This document shows, in pieces, positions 60,397 to 64,000 of a DNA stretch of 64,000 bases. This DNA comes from Candidatus Bathyarchaeota archaeon (lineage in GTDB: Archaea > Thermoproteota > Bathyarchaeia > Bathyarchaeales > Bathycorpusculaceae). The stretch covers positions 128,001-192,000 of the forward strand of contig CAWGZR010000009.1 of assembly GCA_963827165.1 (NCBI GenBank), read 5' to 3'. Both the position numbers and the translations under genes were made by a program. The notes under the pieces were generated by a model, which worked only from the letters and a program-made list of their open reading frames with translations, was not told where the DNA came from and searched no databases. Numbering within the stretch: the stretch's first letter is position 1; each line of letters starts with the position of its first letter.

Positions 60397-60564
60397 TAGT
60401 ACCCCACCACATGCTGTTTACGTATTAATTAGCACATTATGCTTATAATGTTTAAAGAAATCGGTAAGGAAAAAAAGAAATAACGGATCAAACAGAATTG
60501 AACTCTTCGAAGACAATTTTTTGTTGGGGAAAAGTTTAATGGCTGTTTTAATGAACTAGTTTTT

Positions 60565-61029
60565 TTGAGGGCTTCTTTGTTGATTACCAAAGTCTTGGTC
60601 GCTGTTGATGGATCAAACAACTCTGACGTGGCGTTTGATTTAGCATTGGATTTTGCTGAAAAATTCGGCGCATCACTTATCGCACTGAACGTTTCTGAGG
60701 CAGTGGTTATGTCAGCGGTGCCTCAAGAAACAGTTGCTTACCCAAGCGGCAGCACCACTGTCATCACTAAGGATTTAAGAGCAATTCAAAACGAAATCAT
60801 AAGTAAATACGTAGAGCACGCTAGGGTAGTCAAACCCAACGTGTTAGTTTCAGGCTTAGCGAAAGAGGGAGATGCCGCCTTTGAAATTGTAAACACAGCA
60901 AAAGAAGACTGCTTCGACGTCATCGTTGTTGGGCATCGAGGGTTAGGCAAGACAAGCGAACGTTTCCTGGGCAGTGTAAGCGAAAAAGTGGCTCATTCTG
61001 CGCCATGCACGGTGATAATCGTGAAATAA
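60565..61029 (+). CDS. uspA: universal stress protein
   Basis: VLVAVDGS, IVVGHRG..LGSVSEKV. Confidence 0.92.
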   Translation: MRASLLITKVLVAVDGSNNSDVAFDLALDFAEKFGASLIALNVSEAVVMSAVPQETVAYPSGSTTVITKDLRAIQNEIISKYVEHARVVKPNVLVSGLAKEGDAAFEIVNTAKEDCFDVIVVGHRGLGKTSERFLGSVSEKVAHSAPCTVIIVK

Positions 61030-61102
61030 CGAGAAATCGGCCACTCTCAAATTCTGGAGTAAGCGTGTTGGTTATATCCAAGCCTTAGATCTTGTTTCTT
61101 TT

Positions 61103-62014
61103 ATGATAACAGTAATAGGCGCTGGCAAAGTGGGAAGCACAGCTGCATTTGAGATTTTGCGTTATAAAATCAGTGATGTTGTCCTTATTGACTCGAACGA
61201 GAACCAAGCGAAAGGGGAAGCCTTGGATATGATGCAGGCTGCCCCCGCCATTGAGTTCGACGGTAAAATTACTGGGACCAGCGATTACGGGGCAATGCGG
61301 GGATCTGACCTTGTGATTGTGACCGCGGGATTCGGCAGAAGACCCGACATGACCCGCATCGATTTGATGAACACCAACGCAGGGATAATGCGGTCGATCG
61401 TTAGGGAGGTTGTCAAGTACGCGCCAGACTGCAAACTTATGATTGTGACAAATCCCGTGGACATTTTGACGTACGTAGCCTTCGAAGAATCAGGTTTTCC
61501 ACGCAGCCGTCTCTTCGGAATGGGCAACATCCTTGATACTATGCGTTTTCGCACCTACATCGCAGATGAATTGAAGGTCTCAAGAGAAGACACAAACGCC
61601 TTAGTGATCGGTGAACACGGCGATTCCATGGTTCCGCTCGTCGAGTACGCCTCAGTTTCAGGCGTTCCCATAACAAATTTTCTGACACAGGAGCAAATTG
61701 AAAAAATCGTGCATTTAACCGTGACTTCAGGAGCAGACGTAATTAAGCTCAAAGGCTCAACAATTTACGCTCCCGGCGCAGTCATCGCAACCACGGCGGA
61801 CGCAATCTTAACTGGAAGAAACAGAGTTATGAGTGTATCAACATGCCTTGACGGGGAATACGGGGCTTCACAGGTTTCGATCGGAGCGCCAGTTGTCCTG
61901 GGCAAAGAGGGTGTCGAAAGAATAATCGAGCTTGAATTATCTAGTCAGTCCCAGGGGCGATTCGAAAAGTCAGTTTCAACTGTCAAAGAAGCATTAACCA
62001 CGTTGAAAAGCTAA
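61103..62014 (+). CDS. mdh: malate dehydrogenase (LDH-like)
   Basis: IGAGKVG, GRRPDMTR (Arg specificity loop), VTNPVD, GEHGD. Confidence 0.93.
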   Translation: MITVIGAGKVGSTAAFEILRYKISDVVLIDSNENQAKGEALDMMQAAPAIEFDGKITGTSDYGAMRGSDLVIVTAGFGRRPDMTRIDLMNTNAGIMRSIVREVVKYAPDCKLMIVTNPVDILTYVAFEESGFPRSRLFGMGNILDTMRFRTYIADELKVSREDTNALVIGEHGDSMVPLVEYASVSGVPITNFLTQEQIEKIVHLTVTSGADVIKLKGSTIYAPGAVIATTADAILTGRNRVMSVSTCLDGEYGASQVSIGAPVVLGKEGVERIIELELSSQSQGRFEKSVSTVKEALTTLKS

Positions 62015-62083
62015 TTTTGAACGATATATCTACCTATTGCGCAAAGAAAACCGAAGTAATGGAAGAAAATGAGAAAGGGTTAC

Positions 62084-62281
62084 CTAGCTGTGAATTTGTT
62101 TTGCTTGTGCACAGTAAAAGTTCCCGTTAATTCTCGTGAACGCCGGGCATTTGCCACCGTTGCAATGATCTAGCCACTGGCACGGCGATCTTACGTCGTA
62201 CACTCTTGGCATGTAATCTCTGGTGCTAAAAATTTCTTTGGTTTTTTGCCTTTTATTGATTTTATCAAAGACTGATTCCAT
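62084..62281 (-). CDS. small Cys-rich hypothetical protein
   Basis: 65 aa, four Cys (CQWLDHCNGGKC...YC). Confidence 0.5.
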   Translation of the reverse strand: MESVFDKINKRQKTKEIFSTRDYMPRVYDVRSPCQWLDHCNGGKCPAFTRINGNFYCAQAKQIHS

Positions 62282-62561
62282 AAAAATGCCTTCAAAATTT
62301 GCTTTTTAGCTTGAGTATGTAGTGCTAACTTGTCATTATTAAAAATGTGTTGCATCTTGTGTGCTACAACAAAAGCATATAAGCTCTAACAAGCCGAAAA
62401 AGCAAGCAGATGCCCGCTTATTAAAACCTCCAAATCCATTTTGGTCAACCAAAAACCGCAAAAATTTTGTTTCAATTCTTTCAAAGAAACGCAGATTTAC
62501 CAAATCCAAAAAATTGGTAACGGAAAGTCATAATTATAAGAAGAGAGCTTTCTTGATTTAG

Positions 62562-63491
<930 letters not shown>

Positions 63492-63495
63492 TTTT

Positions 63496-64000
63496 TTATG
63501 TGGATGCGAAGCGGTCGAAGGTTGCAAGTGCACTCATAGAACCGCAACAGGGGCATTTGTGGAGGGTTCCGAACCAGCTTTTCTTGCAGTTGTCACAGTA
63601 GGAAACGACACGGTTGTAAGTAAAGAACTCTAGAGCTTGGTTTCCTATTAGGCGACAGCTAAGGTCCATTAGCGCTTCAGCCTTAAAGTCCCCGACTTCC
63701 AACTCGATGATATCCAATGTACCACCCGCGCCGAGCCCCTTCATCTTTTGGACTGTCTCCAACTGCTCCGTCGCCAACGCCAACGTTTCGCCGATAGTTT
63801 TGATTTGGAACCTCCGCGTGGTCGAGTAATAGGGTTTTTCTCTTGTTCCCGAAAACTTGACTTTAGCTACACCGAACCGCTCAATATCTAGCTGCGCAAG
63901 CCGCTCCGCCGCTTCACTGTTGCTAAGCATAACCGAGTACAAGCGTTTGCCGTATTTCCTGCCGATTTTCTGCTTAAAAACCAAAATCGCCTGAATAATT
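63496..64000 (-). CDS. NrdD-like (class III ribonucleotide reductase family) C-terminal part
   Basis: AERLA..D..RF, PYYS, GG, FFTYN..SYCDNC...KCPCCG zinc ribbon. Confidence 0.72.
   Translation of the reverse strand, partial: IIQAILVFKQKIGRKYGKRLYSVMLSNSEAAERLAQLDIERFGVAKVKFSGTREKPYYSTTRRFQIKTIGETLALATEQLETVQKMKGLGAGGTLDIIELEVGDFKAEALMDLSCRLIGNQALEFFTYNRVVSYCDNCKKSWFGTLHKCPCCGSMSALATFDRFAST

Overview
Archaeal chromosomal segment, most consistent with Bathyarchaeia (TACK): fused Rpo1 (A'+A''), class II HMG-CoA reductase, PadR/TrmB regulators and large secreted beta-propeller/Kelch proteins. It contains a trimmed RNA polymerase operon (rpo2-rpo1-eL30-nusA), an m4C methyltransferase followed by a mini PD-(D/E)XK protein, oligoendopeptidase F and a tRNA-Leu(CAA) with two BHB-type introns. 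The 3' exon of that tRNA is partly duplicated about 12.8 kb downstream, delimiting an integrase-less island with a VapBC module at each end. After it come surface-anchored secreted proteins, an RNA-processing cluster (cca, thpR), a complete type IV pilus-like operon with its own prepilin peptidase, ACD beta subunit, mdh, pyrB and the 3' end of an NrdD-like gene lacking the glycyl-radical glycine. Main new signal: nine copies of a 24-bp pseudo-palindrome (TGT-N3-TG[T/G]-N6-[A/C]CA-N3-ACA, a few with single deviations), each 3-5 bp upstream of a TATA-like box, in front of small uncharacterised island genes and the adjacent ADH. This suggests an undescribed regulon, or less likely recombination sites; two copies are identical and inverted. 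Regions 17.8-18.6 kb and 43-46.6 kb carry many single-base frameshifts that look like long-read assembly errors. All family assignments are from motif recognition by eye; no searches were run.
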